Origin: an uncultured virus (IMG/VR IMGVR_UViG_3300025098_000016)
Taxonomy: Duplodnaviria; Heunggongvirae; Uroviricota; Caudoviricetes
Strand: one strand, 5' to 3'
IMG/VR virus record: IMGVR_UViG_3300025098_000016
DNA: 20,000 nt
The translations under genes and the position numbers were made by a program. Shown here piece after piece: positions 1 to 7,985 of the stretch; position 1 is the first letter of the stretch; each line of letters opens with the position of its first letter. The notes under the pieces are model-generated. The model searched no databases. It saw nothing but the letters and a program-made list of their open reading frames with translations, and was not told where the DNA came from.

Positions 1-514
1 GCAAATGACTTGGAAAGATAATTAAACTTCCTGTCATTGCCGCACAAGTTACATTAGGAGAGTTTGCTTCATTTAGTTCTGAAACATTTACTCTCGGCCA
101 GTTAGCTTTCATATTAGGATTAACAAGTGTTAGTCCTGGATGATCTTGATCTGCTTGAATATAGTATACTCCGCTCCATGTGTCTGGAAGATGATTATGT
201 TCTTCGTGGTAAGTGTACTTACGATTAATACTAAACCAACTGCTCTTAAGTGAAGGCGTATGTTGTAGTTTAGTTTCTTTATGACACTCTTTTACACTTG
301 CATCAATAAAGTTTTTTAAATCTTCAAACAACGGATGTTCTAAAATACTTTCACTGCCGTATGATGTATATCCGTTAGCAGTATATCTTATAGGAGATTT
401 ATCTGTTTTTTCTTTTGCTAAAAGCTCTTTAACTACAGACTTTTGTAGCTCTTGAGCTTTGTCGTATACAGCTCTAAATACTTGTGTTGGAAATATAAAC
501 TGCTTCTCAATCAT
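1..514 (-). CDS. 2OG-Fe(II) oxygenase, TIGR02466-like (runs off left edge)
   Basis: Not in the ORF track; translated by hand from ATG at 514, which overlaps the upstream TAA (TAATG): MIEKQFIFPTQVF...SWFSINRKYTYHEEHNHLPDTWSGVYY...GSLIIFPSHL. The HxH, SGVYY and IFPSxL motifs are typical of this family. Confidence 0.85.
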   Translation of the reverse strand, partial: MIEKQFIFPTQVFRAVYDKAQELQKSVVKELLAKEKTDKSPIRYTANGYTSYGSESILEHPLFEDLKNFIDASVKECHKETKLQHTPSLKSSWFSINRKYTYHEEHNHLPDTWSGVYYIQADQDHPGLTLVNPNMKANWPRVNVSELNEANSPNVTCAAMTGSLIIFPSHL

Positions 515-1059
515 TAATATTCTCCAACGTGTTCCCAAGGATAAACTAACCAAACATCTTCTTCTGCTTTATTTACTTCGTGGCAACTATAGGATATTGT
601 ACTATTGAAATCACTTGCTAAATTATCGGTTAGTGTAGCAAAGCGAACATTGTTACCAAACACATTATTCCATTTAGGATCATCAGGCAAACACCCTTGT
701 TTCCAGTCTTGCATAATCCAATTAAACGTAGCACCAGTATCGTTAATATCATCTACAATAAGAATTTTCTTTTCTAATGGCCCTGCTGTTACTTTTGTAC
801 CATCGTTGTATCCATATGCATCTTCTGCCATCCATAACATACTATCGCCAGTCTTACCTGACTCTCCATCACGTAAACTTACTTTAAGTGCTTCACAACG
901 TATACCTGTGATGTTACTAATAATAGTAGCAGGTACATTACCACCACGTGTAATACCTACAATGTAATCAGGCTTCCAATTGTCAGCGTACATTTGATTT
1001 ACAATACTAACGCACATACGTTCTACGTCTTGCCAGTTGTAATAGTGTTTTTTAATCAT
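514..1059 (-). CDS. Type I phosphoribosyltransferase (xanthine/guanine PRT-like)
   Basis: IVGITRGG, PRPP-binding ILIVDDINDTGATF and C-terminal WLVYPWE. Start probably MIKKHYY at 1059 (ORF track start is 1077). Confidence 0.9.
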   Translation of the reverse strand: MIKKHYYNWQDVERMCVSIVNQMYADNWKPDYIVGITRGGNVPATIISNITGIRCEALKVSLRDGESGKTGDSMLWMAEDAYGYNDGTKVTAGPLEKKILIVDDINDTGATFNWIMQDWKQGCLPDDPKWNNVFGNNVRFATLTDNLASDFNSTISYSCHEVNKAEEDVWLVYPWEHVGEY

Positions 1060-1234
1060 GATATCCATCATCCTCATCTAATATTTTAATAGTTGGTTTA
1101 TTAATAAACCAGTTTGGAACCTCTGGACAAGCATCTTTAATTTCTTGACTAGTATATGATTCAGGTTGTCTAATACCATATTTGTTCATTTGGTCTAAAG
1201 CCCAATCTGTAACATCTTGCTTGTTCTTAAACAT
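1052..1234 (-). CDS. Hypothetical protein (60 aa)
   Basis: Fills the gap in a tightly overlapping operon; no recognisable motif. Confidence 0.65.
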   Translation of the reverse strand: MFKNKQDVTDWALDQMNKYGIRQPESYTSQEIKDACPEVPNWFINKPTIKILDEDDGYHD

Positions 1235-1643
1235 TCTTTAAATAATCCTTGTTGTCGATCCATTTACCATTTTTTACAAAGCCCCAGCTTTGTGCTTTTC
1301 TACCCATGAAGAATAAACTCCAACATGGAATGTTATTTCCATCTTTGTCCTTTGCAAGCTCTAACCAATGTAGATCTTTTGCTGAACGAAAACGTATGCT
1401 ACCTGGACCACGCCAAAACTTGCCTTGTGGTGTATGTTCCCAATAGCCGCCTTTAATAATAAATGCTCCCCAACTCCAAGGATGATCATGTAGTGTAGGC
1501 TCATCACTTACTAAAACTTTATGTAGTGTGATGTTGAAAGGAAAGTTTTTTCTTTCTTTTAAAAACAAATAATATCTTACTAGGTAAGGTACTTTACCGC
1601 TTCTATCTGTAATTACACGTTTACGGTTTTTAAAAAAGTTCAT
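1227..1643 (-). CDS. Cupin-fold protein (HDHPW type)
   Basis: LHDHPWSW-x5-GGYWE followed by a second H (DLHWLEL) and WSLFFMG; metal-binding cupin pattern. Confidence 0.75.
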   Translation of the reverse strand: MNFFKNRKRVITDRSGKVPYLVRYYLFLKERKNFPFNITLHKVLVSDEPTLHDHPWSWGAFIIKGGYWEHTPQGKFWRGPGSIRFRSAKDLHWLELAKDKDGNNIPCWSLFFMGRKAQSWGFVKNGKWIDNKDYLKNV

Positions 1644-1977
1644 CTTTTATTTCCCCTGATTCTTTTTTACCTTTGTAATCTTGCTTAACCATATTATATA
1701 CACTTTCAAAGTTGCGCCAAACTTTTACAAGTGCAGGATATTCTTTACACATGTTTTCTACTTCGTCTGGATCAATCATGGTATCTAAAATATTATAATA
1801 ACCACCTGTACTACCTGCACTATCAAATGTAATATTTGGACCTGCACTATTTGTATTGATAATGTATTCACCACCAGTATCATTTACACCATCAATGGTA
1901 ATTGTTACATCACTAAGACCATAATCCATACTTGGTGAATCTGTTGTAATATAACCTGTATCGTAATCATCACCCAT
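1630..1977 (-). CDS. Hypothetical protein (115 aa)
   Basis: Low-complexity acidic/Thr/Gly N-terminus, helical C-terminus (MCKEYPALVKVWRNFESVYNMV); GGAGG upstream; overlaps both neighbours. Confidence 0.7.
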   Translation of the reverse strand: MGDDYDTGYITTDSPSMDYGLSDVTITIDGVNDTGGEYIINTNSAGPNITFDSAGSTGGYYNILDTMIDPDEVENMCKEYPALVKVWRNFESVYNMVKQDYKGKKESGEIKDELF

Positions 1978-3049
1978 TGCTTACCTCCTTGTATAATGCT
2001 TCGCCACTAAAGAAAGATCTTTTTAAGTTGTATAATTGTTTATTCATAGGACCTTTATAACTATCATAGTTTTCCATATAATCAATTACTTTGTCAACAA
2101 GTTGCGGTCTAAATTTTTTGTATTGCTCAAAGTTCTTAGTCCAAATACTTGGATACTTGAAAGGCTGATCTGCCATTTCACTATAACTAAGTCTATCAGG
2201 AACCATAGGAATAGTATCAACTAATAAACCTTCGTACCAACTAATACCTAGTGTTTCTTGTAGATTAGCACTAAACACAAGTTTAGCTTTACCTAACAAA
2301 TTATGGTAGTCATTTTTTGATAGTTGTTTTTCTTGACACACAATAAATTCATATTGCGGTAATTGTTCTTTTAAATCTCTAAAGATTTCAACTTGTTTTT
2401 CTGGAGCAACTCTGTGCGGAAACAAAATTATATCTTCTTTAGGCATGCTTTTATAACTATCTAAACTAGTAGCCAAGTACTCCATAGGCCATCCAACACG
2501 TTTAATTTTATCTTCGTTAACGTGCCTATTATCTAAAATAGGATCACCTTTGTTTTTAAATGTTTGTAAAAATAAGTCTATATGAAACTGTGTAGCAAAA
2601 AAGTTATGATCATAACAATCAAACATACTACGTTCTGCATTCCTTACCCAAGGTTTATTACCTATAAGTCTACCTAAAAAATCTTGCGGATCATAACTAC
2701 CTGCATGCCACAAACCACCAATGCGAATATCAACACCCAATAGCTCTGCCATATAGCGTAATTGAATAACTGTAGGATTCCAGGCATCGGTATAGATAAA
2801 ATAATCATCATCTTTAATTTCACCACTTGCAAACATCCTGCTAATCTCTAACATCTGTTGAGATTTGTAATTGTTAGTTCCGGCAAAGTTAAGAAATGCC
2901 CCAGGCGTTGTAGCCTGAGGTACTTCTCCACCACTAATAACAATAACTTCTTCATTCGTAGATCGTTGCAGTTGCTTTGGAAGATATTCTTTCCACTGCT
3001 TAGTATACCTAGTATCTACTGCTTCAATGTCTACGATAAAGATTGTCAT
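1970..3049 (-). CDS. GT-B (GT4-like) glycosyltransferase, GTDC1/QTMAN/DUF3524-like
   Basis: ILFPHRVAPEK donor-binding R/K motif, E-x7-E (QETLGISWYEG), PDRLSYSE; AGGAG SD upstream. Confidence 0.85.
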   Translation of the reverse strand: MTIFIVDIEAVDTRYTKQWKEYLPKQLQRSTNEEVIVISGGEVPQATTPGAFLNFAGTNNYKSQQMLEISRMFASGEIKDDDYFIYTDAWNPTVIQLRYMAELLGVDIRIGGLWHAGSYDPQDFLGRLIGNKPWVRNAERSMFDCYDHNFFATQFHIDLFLQTFKNKGDPILDNRHVNEDKIKRVGWPMEYLATSLDSYKSMPKEDIILFPHRVAPEKQVEIFRDLKEQLPQYEFIVCQEKQLSKNDYHNLLGKAKLVFSANLQETLGISWYEGLLVDTIPMVPDRLSYSEMADQPFKYPSIWTKNFEQYKKFRPQLVDKVIDYMENYDSYKGPMNKQLYNLKRSFFSGEALYKEVSNG

Positions 3050-3315
3050 TAGTGTCTCCTATTACTCTGATAACGACCTTGATTATTACGATCATTACGA
3101 TGGTTATTAAATTTACGTTTGCCGCCTGAACGGAATCTGCTATAAGCCTGCCAAGCACGACTTTTATTATTATACAGATTTCTTTCGTCCCAAGTATAGC
3201 CATCATGACCAAACAAGTACGCGGTTCTGCAGAACGCTTTGAAACGTTCCATATCGTCAAAGATTTTTACAATCTCTGGGTTTTTAGCAAAGTATTCACC
3301 CTGGTTGTAAGCCAT
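3049..3315 (-). CDS. Hypothetical protein with Asn/Arg-rich basic tail
   Basis: AAGGAG SD; TAATG coupling to the glycosyltransferase. Confidence 0.75.
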   Translation of the reverse strand: MAYNQGEYFAKNPEIVKIFDDMERFKAFCRTAYLFGHDGYTWDERNLYNNKSRAWQAYSRFRSGGKRKFNNHRNDRNNQGRYQSNRRH

Positions 3316-3327
3316 TTATTATCTCCT

Positions 3328-3789
3328 TTAATAGCTAGGGTATGTAATTTGTGCACCGTTCTCTCCGTCTTCGGAAATCTCGATGTGGACCTCACGTCCA
3401 GTATATTTTGTTGTAATCTGCTCATACAAATCATCTGACATCATTTCACATGACTTATAATCTAGTTCAAGTGTTTTTTCTGCGTAAAGTTTCTCCATCC
3501 ATCTTTTAAATTGAATAAACTCGATATCTCTGTCATTATGTGTAACAGTAATACCTACTCTAAAATGAAATATGTGTCTATGGGGATATCCCAAAAAACT
3601 AACATCATATTCATCACCTGTTGCAAGACTAGGATCATCTAGTGCCGCAGGATACTTATGGATACCTTCTTTCTTAAAGGTTACCCAAATCATACGTTTT
3701 GCTTCTTTCATTGCTTTGTCTTTAGCATCAATCATATCTTGTTCTCTCATTCTACGCATCATATAGTCATAATGTCGTTCTTGTTGCAT
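3328..3789 (-). CDS. dpdL: QueD/PTPS-like T-fold protein, DpdL-type
   Basis: EGIH...LGYPHRHIF (LxxxHRHxF in place of QueD CxxxHGH), DRDIEF, SCEM and ISEDGENG. The real start may be a downstream Met. Confidence 0.75.
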   Translation of the reverse strand: MQQERHYDYMMRRMREQDMIDAKDKAMKEAKRMIWVTFKKEGIHKYPAALDDPSLATGDEYDVSFLGYPHRHIFHFRVGITVTHNDRDIEFIQFKRWMEKLYAEKTLELDYKSCEMMSDDLYEQITTKYTGREVHIEISEDGENGAQITYPSY

Positions 3790-3791
3790 TT

Positions 3792-3820
3792 ATTATACTA
3801 CCTTTACTCATTGTTGTCAA
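3792..3820 (-). promoter_or_regulatory. Sigma70-type (early) promoter
   Basis: TTGACA (3815-3820), 17 nt, TATAAT (3792-3797); perfect consensus. Confidence 0.85.
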
Positions 3821-4349
3821 TAGATATTGGTGAATCATTTTCGTATTTTTCCCAAGATGTAAACTTATCTCTTGACTGCAAATCTCTAGCATAATGTACC
3901 CAAACACCTGCATTTGATGCTTTAAAGTCTTTATCATCAATTTTAATACATGCATTGTAGTTAAGTTGATCAATATAAGGTAGTTTTACGCTAATCATAC
4001 TAATAAACTTTTTATGTTCATTATACCCAGATTCTAACACCCAACTATGAAACTTAACATCATAGTCTAGTGTAACCCAAAAGCCAGCTTTACATAATCC
4101 ATCAACTAATAGATCCCATGCTGTATTTTGTTCGTTCTTACCGTATGGCAATTCAATGTCAAAACTTTGATTGGCGCCTAAGTAAATGTGTTCGACTGAT
4201 TCCGCTTTTGCTCTTTCAATCACGTCATCAACATCTTGTGGTCCTACAACAAACAATGTATGTTCATTGTGAACTGGTGTATGCTCTACTTCATAACCTG
4301 TAAAATATACAACGTCATCTTTGACGCCATCATCGTAATCTCTATTCAT
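3804..4349 (-). CDS. Phage hypothetical protein (181 aa)
   Basis: Enzyme-like sequence (EVEHTP, HIYLGANQSF, KIDDKDF, GVWVH) inside the transglycosylase operon. Confidence 0.8.
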   Translation of the reverse strand: MNRDYDDGVKDDVVYFTGYEVEHTPVHNEHTLFVVGPQDVDDVIERAKAESVEHIYLGANQSFDIELPYGKNEQNTAWDLLVDGLCKAGFWVTLDYDVKFHSWVLESGYNEHKKFISMISVKLPYIDQLNYNACIKIDDKDFKASNAGVWVHYARDLQSRDKFTSWEKYENDSPISIDNNE

Positions 4350-4527
4350 CTTTTGCTAACTGATCCTTTATTGCAAGTTTTTCTTTTTTTAGATTAATAA
4401 GGTGTGATTTGTGATTATATGATCTATCACCTTCACGTTCTTTTTCTATTGCTTCAACTTTGTTGTGTAAGTAGTCGTGCATATTTTGTAACTTTTTTGC
4501 ACTTTTACTTTTTCTTCCTGTCGCCAT
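4342..4527 (-). CDS. Small coiled-coil protein, YdcH/DUF465-like
   Basis: H-x2-L...LKKEKLAIKDQL pattern; GGAGGT SD. Confidence 0.65.
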   Translation of the reverse strand: MATGRKSKSAKKLQNMHDYLHNKVEAIEKEREGDRSYNHKSHLINLKKEKLAIKDQLAKDE

Positions 4528-4529
4528 CT

Positions 4530-6062
4530 TTATACCTCCGTAAATAAATTTGAAAAGCCTGTATTTGCATTTACAGTCTTTTTACCTACTGCTCCTCTAG
4601 TGCCAATAATTGACATCCAGAATTTACTATATTCTTCTATGATTGCTTCTGCTTCGTCTCTGTTTGAAGTTGCAAATATTGCTTCCACAACATCTTTAAA
4701 ATATAGCCTGTCGAATTGTTCCTCCACAAGCATTGCCGGAACATTTCCATTGTCGTATTGTCTGTTTGCTTCTTGTACTGCATTAACATGACTCCATACG
4801 TTGTGACCCATTTGTATAGCATAACTAAAACTATCCCAACTAGTTGAGTCACGTTTACGAATAATTTGATTACCGTCTTCGTCTAGTATAGGATTACCAT
4901 GTTTGTCTCTATCAATTTCTCCTGCTAAAATTTTAGGACCACCAACTTTGTTAGTGTCACCAGGAGCATATATACAAACATCGTTTACTTTAATATTTTT
5001 AGTCAAAGGACTATCAGTAAAGTTTTTAAATATTCCATCTGCTAGTACACCATCTCTAAAGTTACGTGTATCAGTTGCGTACTTTAATTCATCAATACTT
5101 GGAACCATTCTGTAGACCCATTTAGTTCTATCTTCAGTTTCAGTTTGAATGTAAATTTGTCCATTTGCTGTAGCAAGGAAAGGAGAAGCACAATCAAATG
5201 TAATTGTAAAGTTTGGATTATGATACTTACGTACTGCTCTTTGTATATCAGTTAGTAGTGTAGCCCATTCTAGTTTGCTTGTTCCTAGAAAGTGCATAAA
5301 GTCATGTTTACCTTGTTCAAGTAATCCATCAAAACGTAATGCTACAATACGTTTAAGAACTAAGTGTATATCACACATGTTCTGTCCACCCATCGACCAT
5401 CCGTTAAAGTGATTCTCATACTTTGCAGGATCACAATAGTCTTTCATCTGTTGATACCAATCTTCAGCATCAGCATGATTCTCACCTTGTAATACATTTA
5501 AGAACTTACAAGCACCTGTTCTGTGTTTCATAAAGTAGTCGTTGTTAATACGTGTAGCATTAACAGCCTCTTGATATGTACTAATACCTGTTGCTTTTGC
5601 ACCAGCAGGTGAACGTGCCACCCAAGCCGGAATATCAAGTATCATACCATAGTCCATATAAGCATCCATCCACGCAAGTACTTGCTCACGTTTCTTTTGT
5701 GCTTTAGGACAATTAGGATCTTTCCAATCGCCTTCCCAAACACCTTTACCAATTTGGAAGCCACCTGAGTCACCTAACAACCAACTGTTCTCACGATCAC
5801 GTTCTCTAACCATAAGTTCTTTTGGAGCATCTTTATTGATATCTAATTCAGCATGTCCTGCTGAGTACAGAGTCCAATGATAGTTAAACATTCCTTCTTT
5901 TTTGTTTAACCAATTCATACTTTCCATACTAGGATAAGGAATACGACTTTCTTCAACATATTCTTCACGCCTTTGCTTACCTACAAATGTTGCGTAGAAT
6001 CCACTTAGAGCTGGAAGAAATATTGCATAGTCTTTTTGTGCTGTTGTTAAGTCAGTATTCAA
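4530..6062 (-). CDS. dpdA: TGT-family guanine transglycosylase (queuine tRNA-ribosyltransferase / DpdA-like)
   Basis: Ordered TGT motifs DSGGFQ, ILDIP, VLQG, MGG, HFLG and FDCASP. Likely start is TTG at 6062, 7 nt after AGGAG (6070-6074), giving 510 aa; the ORF-track start at 6152 lies inside the clamp gene. Confidence 0.85.
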   Translation of the reverse strand: MNTDLTTAQKDYAIFLPALSGFYATFVGKQRREEYVEESRIPYPSMESMNWLNKKEGMFNYHWTLYSAGHAELDINKDAPKELMVRERDRENSWLLGDSGGFQIGKGVWEGDWKDPNCPKAQKKREQVLAWMDAYMDYGMILDIPAWVARSPAGAKATGISTYQEAVNATRINNDYFMKHRTGACKFLNVLQGENHADAEDWYQQMKDYCDPAKYENHFNGWSMGGQNMCDIHLVLKRIVALRFDGLLEQGKHDFMHFLGTSKLEWATLLTDIQRAVRKYHNPNFTITFDCASPFLATANGQIYIQTETEDRTKWVYRMVPSIDELKYATDTRNFRDGVLADGIFKNFTDSPLTKNIKVNDVCIYAPGDTNKVGGPKILAGEIDRDKHGNPILDEDGNQIIRKRDSTSWDSFSYAIQMGHNVWSHVNAVQEANRQYDNGNVPAMLVEEQFDRLYFKDVVEAIFATSNRDEAEAIIEEYSKFWMSIIGTRGAVGKKTVNANTGFSNLFTEV

Positions 6063-6072
6063 CTTGTTTCTC

Positions 6073-6819
6073 CTACTTAGATTGTGCTGGCAAAATGTAA
6101 TTGTATGTTCCCATACCACTATCAACTGTAATTTGCATTGCACCTTGATCACTTAGACTCATTGTTGCTTGTCCGTCCAAGTTTAAGATTGCTTGTACTT
6201 GTGCTACAGGATATGTCCATGCATGCTTTAATGTACCTTCAACACCTGTTTGGAATACAAACTTACCTGCGTGTGTATTTGCATCACCAAAGTAAAACAT
6301 TACATCAGTAACACCACTAGTTTCTTCAACTTTAATTGTAAAAGTTGTTTCTTCTGAATGTGCCGCACTTTGCAATTTCATTCTAGTAATTGCCGCTAAC
6401 GATGGAGTAAATGATACATCCCATGTTGCACCTTTAAACTTAACACTTTTAAGTTTTTCATTAATAATCTCTGTTGACATAAAACGGAAATCGTTTTGGA
6501 AATCACCTGCTTCATTCTCAAAGTGAATACCAGTTGGAATAACTGTACCATTACGATCTTGTTCGGTAATTGTAAGTTTGCTATTCTTTTGATACTCTGG
6601 ATTCTTTAAATGCAATGCAAGTTTATCTAAGTTAGGCATACCAAAAATGTTTGCGCCAAATTCAGCTACCTTTTCTTTTGTGTTTGCTGACAGAATTACA
6701 CTGCGATCTTCTGCCATTGATTCAACAGTAGTACTACTGTCGTCTCCTGTTACTTTCACTAAGCTCAAAAAGCCTAAAGAATGTGTCTTTGCTACTACGT
6801 CTTGTAAAATATCTTTCAT
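6073..6819 (-). CDS. DNA sliding clamp (gp45/PCNA-like)
   Basis: 248 aa, beta-rich two-domain pattern ending in ITVDSGMGTYNYILPA; close to polB; AGGAG SD. Confidence 0.7.
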   Translation of the reverse strand: MKDILQDVVAKTHSLGFLSLVKVTGDDSSTTVESMAEDRSVILSANTKEKVAEFGANIFGMPNLDKLALHLKNPEYQKNSKLTITEQDRNGTVIPTGIHFENEAGDFQNDFRFMSTEIINEKLKSVKFKGATWDVSFTPSLAAITRMKLQSAAHSEETTFTIKVEETSGVTDVMFYFGDANTHAGKFVFQTGVEGTLKHAWTYPVAQVQAILNLDGQATMSLSDQGAMQITVDSGMGTYNYILPAQSK

Positions 6820-6842
6820 AATACTTCTCCTATGTTCCTTTT

Positions 6843-6871
6843 ATTATACGACATTTTGTTGATAAAGTCAA
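6843..6871 (-). promoter_or_regulatory. Sigma70-type (early) promoter for the clamp-transglycosylase operon
   Basis: TTGACT (6866-6871), 17 nt, TATAAT (6843-6848). Confidence 0.8.
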
Positions 6872-6874
6872 CAA
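6856..6874. repeat. 7-bp inverted repeat over the -35 box
   Basis: TTGTTGA-TAAAG-TCAACAA. Confidence 0.6.
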
Positions 6875-7275
6875 CTTTTTACTCTATTTCGGAGATCACT
6901 GCTCGAAAAACGGTGCTCTCTTTTGTTAAAAAACAGTTCGATTCCTCGTTTGGCACATATAGCCCTACCAGTAAACTTACCATTTTTGTATTCTTCACCT
7001 AAAATCCTTACATCAATATGAAGCATATTTAGAATGTCTTCTAAGTCAGTTTCTGTTTGATATGGGATTATTTCGTCAACGTACTTGACAGCACTAAGTT
7101 GTGTATGTCTTTCTACTATAGTTTGTACGGGTGAATTTTTCTCTGGACGATCAAGACTTGGATCAATTTGTAGGCCACAAATCAAGTAGTCACATTGTTC
7201 TTTTGCATCTCTCAGCATTTGTATATGACCTGCGTGGAGCAGATCAAATGTACTACATGTGAAGCCTATTCTCAT
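6868..7275 (-). CDS. Cytidylyltransferase (TagD/glycerol-3-phosphate CT-like)
   Basis: TFDLLHAGH (HxGH), YVDEIIPY, RFSSSDLR. Confidence 0.9.
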   Translation of the reverse strand: MRIGFTCSTFDLLHAGHIQMLRDAKEQCDYLICGLQIDPSLDRPEKNSPVQTIVERHTQLSAVKYVDEIIPYQTETDLEDILNMLHIDVRILGEEYKNGKFTGRAICAKRGIELFFNKREHRFSSSDLRNRVKSC

Positions 7276-7985
7276 TTCTTAAAGCCTTGTTCTTTTAAAA
7301 ATCCATCTACTGTATATTTAGGTCTAAAGCCTAACTTATCCATCAAATGTGTATTTGCCTGTGTTTTTGTTCTTTCGCCAATAGTATTTAACTTTACTGG
7401 CAAATCAGGTCTTATGTCCTGGATCCTTACACATTCTCCAGTACCAATGTCAATATTACCTGTTAGGTCTTTGTCCATTAATAACATAATACCATCTGTT
7501 AAATCTTCTAAATGTATAAAATCTCTTAGATGATTTGTTGTGTATTCTAATGTATTGTTAAGCAATTTATCAAAGAACATTTTAGCTCTTGGACTTTCGC
7601 TGTACACTGTATGAAATCTCATAAACAATGCATTAGGGTGTGGAATGTTTTCAATTACATTCTTACTTGCGGCATATGGATTAAGATGTGGTTCGTACTG
7701 TGAACTTGATCCTGCTACTAATACTCGAACATTATCGTAGAACTCAAGTATACGTTTTGTTCCTTCTACATTAGTGTCCCAATACTTTTTAGGATCAGCA
7801 AGACTTTCTCTTACGCCGCCAATGCCTGCTAAGTGTATTACAAAATCTACCTTAGGTAGTTCTGAGGTTAATATATTAGTACCTTCTTTAATATCTATAC
7901 CGACAACATCATGTCCATCTACAACTAACTTTTCTTTTAGTCTTGATCCGATGAAACCTAGATGCCCTGTAATTAGTATCTTCAT
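7272..7985 (-). CDS. NAD-dependent epimerase/dehydratase (extended SDR)
   Basis: ILITGHLGFIGS (GxxGxxG), HLAG, SSS, YAASK (YxxxK), RDFIH. Confidence 0.92.
   Translation of the reverse strand: MKILITGHLGFIGSRLKEKLVVDGHDVVGIDIKEGTNILTSELPKVDFVIHLAGIGGVRESLADPKKYWDTNVEGTKRILEFYDNVRVLVAGSSSQYEPHLNPYAASKNVIENIPHPNALFMRFHTVYSESPRAKMFFDKLLNNTLEYTTNHLRDFIHLEDLTDGIMLLMDKDLTGNIDIGTGECVRIQDIRPDLPVKLNTIGERTKTQANTHLMDKLGFRPKYTVDGFLKEQGFKK

Noticed and set aside
6063..6152. N-terminal 30 codons of the 540-aa ORF-track call
   Set aside because: They overlap the clamp gene; the TTG at 6062 has a well-spaced AGGAG SD.
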